Positions 1 through 11,678 are shown, counted from the stretch's first letter. The stretch: 43,290 nucleotides of DNA from Basidiobolus meristosporus CBS 931.73 (GCA_002104905.1 MCFE01000707.1:1-43290), one strand, 5' to 3'. Numbers and translations: made by a program. The notes: a model not told the origin generated them from the letters alone.

Positions 1-3000
1 ATTGTGGAATTTGCATTGCGTAAAAATATTGCTGGACAATGCATTAGCAAATGAGAGTGTCTTGATCTCCAAATTGCGCTCCTTAGATTCCAAATACAGC
101 TTCTTGATGGTATCTGATAGAAGTTTCTCGGTATTCTCATTTACGAGAACAAGTACGTGGCCGTGAAAAGGCAGCTCTGAGGCTCGGGGCGCTTCAATAG
201 CCTCTGACATCATGACACTGTACATGTATTTGCTCTCATCTTCGAAATCCCTTACCGAAAATTCCAAGCCTGAGAATCCAGTATTCTTGAGCAAAATCTC
301 CCATTCCGGCTCAGTAATTGTTGGCGTCCATTTCCGTCCGTCATTTTCCCCTAGCCACCAGCCCGGCAATGTTCCCATAACTACGCTGATGCGAAGTAAA
401 CATCTAGTTATCTCCATCAATACTAGACGGCCTCCTGGCTTCAAGAGCTTTCTAACATGCTTCAATGTAAGCTCTAGATCGGCTGTTGCGTGTAGTACAT
501 TGGATGCTACTATAAGGTCATAGCTTGCCACCTCAAATCCTTGCATTGAAGGGTCTTTCTCAATGTCAAGTACTCTGTATGACATCCACAACTCCCAATC
601 AGCAAACGTCTCTCTTGCCTTTTCAAAGAACCCGCTGGAAATATCCGTAAATGTATAGGAGGTGAAACGACGAGTTTTTCCATTGCCTCCAAGTGCTTCT
701 AGTATAGCCTTTGTGGCACCTCCAGTGCCCGCACCAATCTCCAGAATGTTTGAGCAAGGGTACTTGTAGGCAAAACTATCAGTGAACTTTGATAGTGTTT
801 CATACATCTGTTCACATCCAAGAGCATCTCGGTAAAAACGGTATAGCAGATCGTCCTCCAACATTAGTTGTAAAGGCTCCACCTCTCCTCGAAGGACGTA
901 TTCAAGCTTCGAACCAATTTGCTTCAGTATCACGGCATCTACGCACTCCTCCAGGGTACTTTGCCATAGCACCTCTAGACTTTCGCATGATTCAGGAATC
1001 CAAGTTAAATCCAAGTAATCAATATTACCAGCATCCACCAGTTTCATCCATTGATACAAAGCTTGTCGGTGCTTTGCAAATGAGGTTACTTCTTCAGGCT
1101 TTATGATCGAAAGTGCACGCCGGATATAGTATAATGCGAGTTTCTCCATCAGTGGTACCAAACCGGTCTCCCTAGATACATCACGGCTTGATTTGTATTG
1201 ATTTCTTGCTTGCTCCAGAGATAAAAACTCAAAGTCGGGAGCCCATATCAACCGGTACAGACTCGGATCCATTTGCTGAATATCATCTATATTAGATATC
1301 GCGATTGTGCTGCATTGCACACCAGATATCCTAAATAGAGGCCTCTCTAAATTCTCAGCAGCGTATGCGCTAACTTCAGCCTGGGTATCAGCAAATCCAA
1401 TCGACTCTGAGGATGCAAGTAACTTGAGCTCTCTAAACCTCGTGCGTACAAACTCCCCTGACATAGTACACTTTTCTATAAACGTAGGGATGAACAGCCT
1501 CGCTGAATTGTTGTTAATAGAGTGTATTAGCTGCAAGCAACAATCTAGCATTGTCGGGTGGACGATATAGTCACTCTGGTAGTAAGATGCCAGAATCTCC
1601 GGAACTTGAAGGGTAGCTCGCGCGAGAGATGGAGTTACCTTTATCTCATGAAGCCCTCTGTAAGAAGATCCGTAGCTAAGTCCAACTTTTTCGAAAGACC
1701 CGTAGATACCCTCCCTATCGATGCTGATCCCTCGCTCCTCTTGGATGTGGCGCGGAGGCAAGCTAGGGGAAATACTCTCACCAAGTAAAATGGCTATCTT
1801 TCCGCGGCAATTCTCATCCCAAATCTTATTCTCGCCATATGAATATACTGTGAACTCCTTCCAAACGGAGGATGATGACTTGTCACTACACGGAGAGCTA
1901 CGCATGACAAAGGCACTTTCTACACCATCTTCTGACTCGTCAAGAAACAGAATCTTTGTGAAGCTCACATCCTTGATAACAAGCTCCACAATCTCATTAG
2001 GCTGATGCACACTTTGCCTTGCAGCTTCCAAAGCCATACTCAAGAATCCTACAGCTGGGAAAACGATACGGCCCTGGATCATATAGTCCATTAGCCAAGG
2101 AAGTTCCTTTACTCTTAAGTGGTTGCGCCAGCGCGGCTCGTTTGTGATAGAATCCGAGCATAAGATGCCAAGGATATCGTGCCGTGGGTAGGTGCGAAAA
2201 CGATAGTTGTTACTAATCCTGGATTCATGCCAATACTTGGTGTTGTGGTTCCAATAATATGTTGGGAGGTTGGCCAGGCATTTTCCATGCAAATAGGTAA
2301 CTTTTGGACTGCTATCGTGGTTCTGAATCGTTTCCATTGCATTAACATGCATCAGATTGATTGGATATCCTTTCTCCCAGAGCTTTCCGGCCGCTGCCAT
2401 GATGGAATGAACAGAATTTTCATTTCGAGTTAGACTTGTCAAGTACGCCACTTCGTTTGTTGATGACTTGACAATTTCTTTTATCGGGCCTGCCAGAACA
2501 GAATGGGGGCCAAGTTCAAGGAAAATATCGACGTATGCGTTGGATCTAGAAGGGCCATCATTGAAAGCTAAGATCACTTCAACAGCCTTAGAGAATTGAA
2601 CTGGAGAAACCATGTTGTCAACCCAATAAGACGCGCCCATTTCCTCCCCTTTCACTACTTCCTCCCCAGTGACTGATGAGATCATAGGGATCCGGGGATT
2701 TTTGGGTTTGAGTTTGTAGAGGTCCAAAGCATGTTGATAGCCCGATGCGAGTGGGATCATATGATGCGAGTGAAAAGCGGAATCCACCTTGAGTATTCTG
2801 GCAAACACCTTTTCGGCATCCAGTTTATCTTTAATTTCCTGGATATACTTTAAATCACCGGATAGCGTAACATTCTTTGGACTATTGATGCAAGCAATAA
2901 CCACTCGACCATCGTAAATGGAGCTCAGGAACTCGCGAGCCTCTGCTTCTGACAGGGCCACAGCGATCATTCCACCTTTTTCATTCATATGGCCGGCCTT

Positions 3001-5574
3001 GGACATGTAGACGCCGCGGTAATAGGCCACGGCAATGGCCTCTTCCATTGTTAAGATCCCTGCGGCATACGAAGCAGCTACTTCTCCGGAAGAATGACCA
3101 ACCACCCACCTTGCTTCTACCCCCCACGATTTCCAAAGGTTGAATAGGGCGATTTGAAGAGCAGTGCACAGTGGTTGAGAAATCTCGGACTGTCTTACAC
3201 GAGATTCTGACTCCGATTTCAACAGCTCATCTATTTTCGATAGTAATGTGATCAGTTTCATCTGAAATTATTATTCGTACACACTTTGTCCTACTATCCT
3301 GATGTTACTAACCTACAAGAGACCACGTCGGACCATCCTGGAGCGATTTCAAGTGGGAATCGCATCTTTCCAACGCCAACCGAAAGAGAGAAGAATGAGT
3401 AACCAACTCTCGTCCCATAGCCCACCTGCAAACCCGGTTATTCTACGCAATAGCCAAGAAATTCACAATTCCTGATACTATACCATTGTCCACCCTGTCC
3501 TGTAAATACGAAGGCAATTTGAGGCACCACATTACATTGTTGCTTAAAACTGATGCTGGCCTGAAGGCAAGTACGCAGGTTGCTTGAGGATGATGCGACA
3601 AAGGCAGCTCTCCAAGGGAGCATAGACCGACGGCAACTCAATGTATAAGCTAAATCGAGCAATTCAGCCTCCTCATTTTCAAGATAGGATATGTATTTAT
3701 CGATCATTCCCTTCCCCGAGGCTGGGTCGTTGCTGCTGAAGGGGATGAGATAGAGTCTATCATCCACTATTTGAGATGGCTCGTGTGATTTCAGCGGATC
3801 GTAATTCTCCATGATCACATGAGCACTAGTCCCACCATATCCAAATGAATTAACGCTGGCTCTGCGTGGAGTCTGTCCATCAATGTTTGGCCAAGGCAAC
3901 AGTGAAGTCGGTACCTTTTACGAGAGTTAGAGCACTGATATTGTGTGTTACTTTACGGGAAGCCAAAATTACCTTAATCTTCCAGGTGTCGAAATCAATA
4001 TTACCGTTGCCCTTGTTAAAATGAAGGTTTGGAGTAATTTGGGCTTTTTGCAGACAAAGCATGGCTTTGATCAGACCTGCAAGCCCACTCGCACCTTCCA
4101 AATGACCCACTGTGGTTTTAACAGAACCCACAATCATTGGGTTGTTTTTCGAACGGCCTTCTGCAAATACTCGAGCGATGGCGTTGACTTCCAATGGGTC
4201 ACCAGCCGGGGTGCCGGTACCCTAAGATAAAGAAGCATCAGTTCACTTAGTATTCGAATAATGCTCTTTATCTTATTACGTGTGCTTCAAAATATTGTGT
4301 AGAATTGAAGGGCAGACCAGCTTTGCTGTATGCCAATCTTATCATGGCCTCCTGAGCCTCAGATGAAGGCATTGATATGCCAGGAGTGCGGCCGTCTTGA
4401 AATGTAGCAGTTTCTCGAATCACCGCATGAATCGGGTCACCATCACGAATGGCGTCCTTCAGAGGCTTGAGGACGATACTGCACAAGCCTTCACCCCGAG
4501 CGTAGCCATCAGCATCCTGGTCGAAAGTGTGGCATCGACCGGTGGGGCTTAGGAAACTTAATTTGCTCATAATGCTAGATGAATGCATGTTATTGGTCAG
4601 CTGAAATGGATGGACCTCTCACAAGCAACTACCCACATATAGTAATCAGGGCCAAACATGAGATTCACTCCGGCTACAATTGACTGGTTACAATACACTG
4701 AGTTAGATCCAGCACATTAGCATCATAGCTTAATACATTACCATCTTGGATTCACCGGCCCGCAAACTTTGGCATGCCAGATGGACGGCCACCAAGCTAG
4801 AAGAGCATCCTGTATCGAGTGTGATACTGTCAAAAATAAGAGACCAATCACCAAATAATAATACCAAAAACCCATCTAACCTCGGTCCCTTCAAGTCAAA
4901 AAAGTACGAGATGCGATTAGAAGCAATTGCATGGCCTGTACCCGTAGCCAGGTACGACGGAATGGTTTCCATATCGCGAAGTTGTATCTCATGGTAATCA
5001 TTCGTAAACATTCCTATTTACTCGTTCGAATTAAAAGATCCCATTGAGGTTTGTTACTTGAAGACTCACCAACAAATACGCTAGTGTCAGAGCCGGCAAT
5101 ACCCTCCTTGGACATTCCGCCTAGCAGTAGAAGAGACGATTAGCCTACCATGGTCATAGATATTACTAAAAAGTTATCTCCAAGAGACCGTTTTCCAGCG
5201 CCTCGTACACGACCTCCATAAGAAGCCTTTGCTGTGGATCAATAGCTTTCGCTTCATATGGAGAGACAGAAAAGAAGTTGGCATCAAAGGTAGTGGGATC
5301 TTCTTCCAAAAAATACCCGGTACGGACATTGAACTAATGCAAGGTAATTTTAGCATCAACATGTGAACTTGAAGGCATCTTGCACCTTTACCGTTCCGTG
5401 ATGAGCTCTATCTGGGTGATAGAATGCCTCGGCATTGAAGCGGTCCTTGGGAATTTCAGACTGGATGTCCTTGCCTTGGCTTAGTACATCCCACAGCTTA
5501 CTCGGATCAGTAGCTCCGCCAGGCATTCGGCATCCGACCCCAATCACAGCAATAGGCGTGGTCTGGAAAGGCAT
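1..5574 (-). CDS. Highly reducing-type iterative type I polyketide synthase (KS-AT-DH-cMT visible; 3' end off the window); about 10 short introns between ~3230 and 5391, then one exon open to base 1
   Basis: ATG at 5574 ([20 protein letters not shown]). KS triad: DTGCSSSL (~4810), EAH|GTGT across an intron (~4280/4220), [12 protein letters not shown] (~4110). AT: GHSSGE (~3090) and SAFHSHHM (~2770). DH: [14 protein letters not shown] (~2085) and [10 protein letters not shown] (~1545). cMT: [10 protein letters not shown] (~735) and ASNVLHAT (~500). All spot-checked motifs from 3120 down to base 1 lie in one frame, which is stop-free at the window edge. Confidence 0.96.
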
Positions 5575-6008
5575 AATTTCAATATCAGTGTGGATAGCTA
5601 TTTTCGTGAGCTAAGCGTTGTCTTTTATATTCTCTTTCTGCAGAGAGCCACCTTCGACCTTGACTTATTAACTCATTGACGTCACACTTCCATGCTGTTA
5701 TCACGTACAACCTGCTATTGATACCCCAGTCTTTCGTTTGAGGCAGCGATCTGCCTCTCAATTGTTTATTGACTAACTTATGGGTGAGATACAACCTATC
5801 GCTCATTACAATGGCAATCACTGACCGTTATTAGAATCAAAAACCAGTAAATCCTGGCCATCATGTGGTTGTACAACCACACTCCCAGAGTACACTCGAG
5901 CCAGTATTACTAGCACACCTTGAACATGTCCCTCATCTAATCCCTATATAAACTGTTGCCAAGAGGATAACATTCAGAATCCTCATTACAAGAGACACTG
6001 ATACTATC
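5575..6008. promoter_or_regulatory. Shared bidirectional promoter between the PKS and the methyltransferase
   Basis: 434 bp between divergent ATGs. Contains TGACGTCA (5677-5684), palindrome TGTGGTTGTACAACCACA (5864-5881) and TATATAAA (5945-5952) upstream of the methyltransferase ATG. Confidence 0.7.
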
Positions 6009-7034
6009 ATGGAGCATATGGACTTGGACTACAACCTCTACTCAAAGGCACAGGCAACCGCTGGACGCCAAGCTTGTCAGCTCATTGGTGAGCATTTTAC
6101 GGATGTTACTGAGGCCCGTGGTGATCTTTCCATTGCCGATTATGGCTGCTCTGGTGGGGCAAACTCCATTCCCATTCTCAATGCAGTACTCTCCAAAGTT
6201 AGATGTTCCGGAGACATCACCCTCTGTATGGTGGATTTGCCTGACAATGACTTTACTATTACCACCAAGACGATCCAAACGGCGATAGAGAAGGGTGAGC
6301 TGGTTCATCGTGTTGGGGACGGAAACCTTAAGGTCGTGACCGTAGGAAAAAGCTTCTATCACCAGGTTTTGCCCACCATGAGTGTCGATTTTGGATACTC
6401 ATTGGTGTCTGTCAACTGCATGGAGGTGATTCCTTGCCCTATCCCTGGATCCCTTTGTCATACCGACTTGCCTGAAGGACCCGACAGAAAAAGCTGGGAG
6501 ACCATTGCCGAAAATAGCTGGAACACCTTCCTCCGTCATAGACAAAATGAGCTTAAGATCGGAGGCCAGATGCATGTGAGCGGCAATGCATATCTTGAAA
6601 AGGATGAGTTTACTTGGTGCAACATCATGCGCAACGCATACACTGTCTTTGAGGCCATGTTCAATGAAGGGAAGATCACCCGTGAAGAACTTGACAAGCT
6701 TATTGTTCCCACCACGTTCCGCAGTAGGGAAGAAATCCTGAAACCTTTCAAGGAGAATAGCGACATCCACCTCAAGGTTGAATCTCTTTCCTTCAACAAG
6801 CCCCCATGCTTGTACTACGAAGAGTACCTCAGGACCAAAGATAGCGAAAAATATGCAACCAATGTGAGCAACTCCTTCAAGAATGTGTTCAACAACTCCT
6901 TCATCAAGCTGTTGGCAAGCAACAGTGGAAGAATTCTCGACGAATTCTGGTTGAGATTCCATGCATTTGTTGCTGAACAACCCGAGAAAATCGATATGGG
7001 GCTTTTGCAATTCCATCTGATCCTGCGAAAGTAA
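6009..7034 (+). CDS. SABATH-family (SAM-dependent carboxyl) methyltransferase, 341 aa, single exon
   Basis: Motifs YNLYSKAQ, IADYGCSGGANS, DLPDNDF, GKSFYHQVLP, FLRHRQNELKIGG and FRSREE match the SABATH/Methyltransf_7 pattern. Uninterrupted ORF. Confidence 0.9.
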   Translation: MEHMDLDYNLYSKAQATAGRQACQLIGEHFTDVTEARGDLSIADYGCSGGANSIPILNAVLSKVRCSGDITLCMVDLPDNDFTITTKTIQTAIEKGELVHRVGDGNLKVVTVGKSFYHQVLPTMSVDFGYSLVSVNCMEVIPCPIPGSLCHTDLPEGPDRKSWETIAENSWNTFLRHRQNELKIGGQMHVSGNAYLEKDEFTWCNIMRNAYTVFEAMFNEGKITREELDKLIVPTTFRSREEILKPFKENSDIHLKVESLSFNKPPCLYYEEYLRTKDSEKYATNVSNSFKNVFNNSFIKLLASNSGRILDEFWLRFHAFVAEQPEKIDMGLLQFHLILRK

Positions 7035-9105
7035 TCCTTCTGTTGCAATGATCACTAACCATCGATTAGTAAGATTGACATGATCTGTTTGGAACCACCA
7101 ATCATTACCAAAATTAAAATTCTATCAGTGTAACTGATTTTCAAAACCACAACCTGGAATTGGTCATGGAAGGCCGTTTTACTTAACAAACACTTACCTT
7201 TTATGTTACTCCAAATCGACCCACTAACGCTGGCTGTTTGGGTTGTCGATCATTATCGTTTCTCATGTGTGAATGACGTATACTGTTACATGATTGTCAA
7301 TGGAGATGCGCCGTTGGTAGTACTAAGCGTTGTATCAAACCTAGTGCATGTATGTAAGAGTCATGTTTGCTAACTCTAAACTCTATTGTGCAATGAACAG
7401 CAGACTAGCACCAATTTTGTGAGCTTCTGTCGACTCGGCACCTTCAAATCAGGCTCGAAGGCTGGGCTCAACTGCCTTGGATAATAGCCCCGTGCCTGTT
7501 GGATCAATTGTAAGGTTTCGTGCTTAATATGGTCGCCCGGAACTATAGTTGGTCTATGTATTTAGAAACCTTTCAGAGTTGTCAGCTCGAAATCCGTTCG
7601 AAAAATCGAGCATCCTGTATTAAATTGAAGCACAAAATTAGTGGTTGCTATGAGCTTCGTAAAACAATTGGAAGAACTAGTATGCTCTAGCAACAAAATC
7701 TTAAGCAGGACTAATCATGCCTTTTCACTAGCCCCGGAGGTACCTTATCACCTCAATGGTAAGTCTGTTATAGCCAATGAAAGATCTTGGTGTCCACTAG
7801 GTTAGCGTGAAGGATGGGGATCTAGACCAAGCCTAAGCCTGTATAGTTCATGTATCCATCATCAACCCCTCTTGTTCATTACCTTCATCGCCACTACTAC
7901 TGGTTGGTCTGACCAACACTGTTTCAACTAATTTCTCGGCCCCTAGGCTTTGGAGACTATCCCGATCCCCTCTGTTAAGGGGATCCACCAGTGAGCACCA
8001 GTCCGAATGATCCTGTCTTCATTCGTAGGAAAGGCGCACCCTCTACCAGCACCACCGTATTAGTTCTCGTATCAAGTGAAACACATTGCTCTTATTTGTC
8101 AGCTTACCCCAGGTATTGTAGCCATCAACTAACTCTCTAATCCCTTGACACCGAACACCTACACAGATCCTTACATAGCAGCGCGCCCATCAAAGAGTGA
8201 TTGGTCCCGGTTCTGGGTAAACCACATCATGTAGACATTTCTGGAAAATCATTATTTCTACAACCCACTGCCGCCAAGCAGGAACCATTCTTGATGAACC
8301 GTGAGCACTTGAATCCAGATTAGCGAACTACAGCATAGTATCGAATGCTCTACGATTGGGGGAGATCCGTATCTTGTGGCACAGTATTACTTGATCGCAT
8401 GGATCATCCCTAAGGTGTGCCAGAAGTGCACATACTTTTGCAGATCCAGAAATTCAGGTATTGCAACCATGTGTTACAGAATCCCATTATCGCCACTAGC
8501 AGTTTAAAAATGAAGCAAAACCCAAGGCACCAACCTCACCTGCATGTCAAAAATTCCCTAAATTGATTCGCCTAAACTTCTGCTGACCTCGTACAATACA
8601 TATTAAATCATTGTTTGGAATGTGCTGGCCAGATGTATTATCGCCTATTTGCTAAAATTCGCTTTGTCAAATGGATTTGGTCTGTACAGGTAGGCTAATC
8701 ACACTATTTCAACGGAATCACCATCTGGGGCCTTGAGTTCTACGGTATAAAATAAGCTTAGCGCCTACAAGGCTTGGGCATTTCAATGAACCATGTTGGG
8801 TGCTGCAAGGAAACTATTCTCTGTGGTCCTTAAAAATTCATCACAGTCTAATCAACAACTCTGCACAATGTACATATTTGTACAAAAGCTACTTTCAAGT
8901 GGGATGGAATAGGTCTGTTTCTCTCGTTGAGCTCTAATAAAGATTTGCGCTTTTTGGTGAGTTTCCTCTTACTGATAATAAGAATGTCCAAAGAAAGCTG
9001 TGTACCAAGATTGAGGTCAAATGGGTGAGGTTCAGAATTCCAGTAGCTTCCTGAACATCACATAAACAAGATTTAGATTGAAACTTGAACACTAAATCTC
9101 CATTA

Positions 9106-9450
9106 TGCTTTAAATTCTGTATAGCACCTAAATATTCACCTAACTTAGTCACTGAGATCATAATCTATAGATCTTAAAGAATTATGCCCAAATTCCTTGA
9201 TGGGATTTACTTAGAATATTTCACCAAAATTTCTAGCATACAGAACATAAAAGATCTTAAAGTTGTCCAGATAACCCAAAACTGCGCACACATGCACTTG
9301 AGATCTTTCTAAATATACTATACATGCTTGTCACACCAGTACCATGTAATAGTGTAAGTACTGCTTTTACATTTAATCAGTAATTCAGTGAAAGCCACAT
9401 AATATACTTGTTTTTCTAACCACTTACAATATATCCAAAGCTCCTACTTC
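9106..9450 (+). mobile_element. Degenerate LTR of the copia family found at 31.9-43.3 kb
   Basis: CACCTAAATATTCACCTAACTTAGTCACT, CAAATTCCTTG and GGATTTACTTAGAATATTTTCACCAAAA align with the LTR consensus; termini are eroded. Confidence 0.8.
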
Positions 9451-9481
9451 GAGATTTCTGATGTATAGGGTACCTGATACG

Positions 9482-9590
9482 TTGGTAAATATTTCTAGTA
9501 AATCCCCAATAAGGAATCTGGTCAGAGTTCTCTCAGTTTTGTAGGCAGTGACCTAAGTGAGTAAGTTGGGTGAATACTTAGTTCATTACC
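9482..9590 (-). mobile_element. Partial, opposite-orientation LTR fragment of the same family
   Basis: TAGTAAATCCC..AAGGAATCTGGTCAG..TAAGTTGGGTGAATA resembles the LTR segment TAAGTAAATCCC..AAGGAATTTGGTCAG..TAAGTTAGGTGAATA. Confidence 0.65.
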
Positions 9591-9734
9591 ATTCAGGTTG
9601 TAACTTTTGTAATTGCACCTAAGCAGAGACTTGAAAGGTTTATACAATTTATAGGCTAATCAAAGTAATATTCGCAGTAAAAGCTTGTGGAAAGGGTTTC
9701 TTAGAGAAGATATTGACCTGTGTATACTTGATTG

Positions 9735-10066
9735 TGTTGTAAAAATTCGTAATTCCACCTAAATATTCACCTAACTTAGTCACTTAGATCATTACCCTCA
9801 AATCCTAGAGAATACTGACCAAATTCCTTGTCGGGATTTACTTAGAATATTTACCCAGAACATGAAAATTTGATAAGTTGTCCAAACAGCCCCAAACTTT
9901 GCACACATGTTCTTGGGACCTTCCTTAACCTATTCTATGTGTTTGTTATGCCAAGACCAGGTAAAAGTATAAATACTACTTTTACATTCAATAAATCATT
10001 TAGTGAAAACCACATAATCTACTTGTTCTCCCAATCACTTCCAATATCTCCAAGACTCTTACAACA
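9735..10066 (+). mobile_element. Solo LTR (332 bp) with perfect 5-bp target-site duplication GATTG
   Basis: Begins TGTTGTAA and ends TTACAACA; GATTG at 9730-9734 and 10067-10071; near-identical to the LTR at 33696-34027. Confidence 0.95.
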
Positions 10067-10913
10067 GATTGAAGATATTCAGGTGTATCTGTGGAAGCTA
10101 GTCTTGCAGAATAGTCCAATTTTCATTGGTCAATTTAATGCCATTGGTAGTAGCACTACAGTTTGTAATAGTATATAGTGGGATATGTTGTAAAAGATTG
10201 TGCAAAACTAAGCAAAGCTTCAAAAACTTTCAACTTTCTAGTTGTTCCATCTTTAGACTGAGTTAACCTGAAATTGATTCTGTGTAAACTTCTAGCTAAT
10301 TCTTAACAGATTGATCAAGTGTGAAATCATCATATTGGCTACTAGGTGAGATACCAACTATTTCCAAATAATTGAGATCACTGTTGTTGCATAAGTGTCA
10401 GATAAAACATTTACAAGAACTCTTCGAACTCTCAAGGGGATGGAATTGAATAAATTTGTTATAGAATGGGTTAGAAATTGATTTCTGGATGCAAACTAAA
10501 TAGAATCCGATGCAAACGTCATAAGTGATTTGGAATCACTTTTTCCCTTCAAGAACGGATGCATTACACAATTTCCTCTTGAAAACCTTGTCTGGCAGTA
10601 AATGTAAATGATAATCAGTATTTGTGAATATTGTCACGTGAAGTACTCTGCATAGGCATACAGTGGAATGGCTAAATTGTTGTTCAAATACACTCCCACG
10701 TTATGGAGCAATAGAACCTGGGAGTCCAAGAAACTATCAGGTGTCACTTTCCATACACATCAACTACAAATAGAATCGAGCAAGCGATTTGGGCAAGAAT
10801 ACAAATAAAAATCATATAGCTCTTCTGTCGCGGATGAGAGTTCACCAAGTAATAAGAGGTGCAACTTATAAAACGGGGGTTAATATACTTTTATTTTTGG
10901 AAGATTGTCAAAC

Positions 10914-11678
10914 CTAGGCGGTCTGCTTAAGATGCTTCAAATCCTTTCGCATGGCGTAGGCATCTTCACCATCGGCGTAATAGCCCTTCTCTATATCATG
11001 AATCTGGAACTTGAGACTCTCCTTGTAAAGGTTCAAGGCTGCGCGATTGGTTTTACGGACATGAAGGGAGACGTAGTGGGCGCCATAAACTTCAACCATG
11101 GATTTTTCTAGGAAATTTTGCAGTAGGTTAGTTTAGCAATAGACGCCATCAATACATGAGAAGCGACGCTTACGAGATTGAGTCATAAGCTTTTCAGCAA
11201 GTCCTAAGCGGCGGAAGTTTCTCATCACAGAGAGTGAGGTGATGTGTCCGTGTGGAGCATCTCCGGGTTCTTCATCCCTAGAATAAGTAGTGTGATGAGA
11301 ACCAGGTGGAAATAACGTCAAGTTTCGCCAGAACCATACATTTTGGCGAGTACGTAACCAACGATCCGGCCTTTATGATCCTCAGCAACGTATGAAAGTT
11401 GGGGCCAAGATAAAGCGTGATAGAAATCTGGACAGATTGAGTGACGGGTAAATAAAGCTACGAAGAAGGAAACTGCAACAAATAGTATCAAGCCCTACAA
11501 TATTTCATTTGATAGTTCTCGGGAAGATTCATCAAGTTGCAATTTTGCATTGCAAGTAGATCGTCAACCTTTCATTTTGGCGGAGAAAAGAGAAACCAAA
11601 TGCACCATGTGAGTGAAATGGAGAAACGCAGTGCTATGAATAAAAGTGCTAATATACCGTAGCTTGTCTAACGTTCAT
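10914..11678 (-). CDS. NAA10: N-terminal acetyltransferase A catalytic subunit, multi-exon
   Basis: Spliced translation MNVRQAT|[51 protein letters not shown]|[46 protein letters not shown]; TAG at 10914-10916. Confidence 0.95.

Noticed and set aside
6399-7055. 218-aa antisense ORF (and 6042-6362)
   Set aside because: Shadow of the SABATH gene; no motifs.
7903-7985. Two short inverted repeats (GTTGGTC-T-GACCAAC; GATCCCCT-N6-AGGGGATC)
   Set aside because: Short, with no TSD, ORF or repeat context; compatible with chance or unrecognisable debris.
10176-10420. AGTGGGATA-TGTTGTAAAAG suggesting a PPT plus LTR of another family
   Set aside because: No matching 3' end or second copy in the window.
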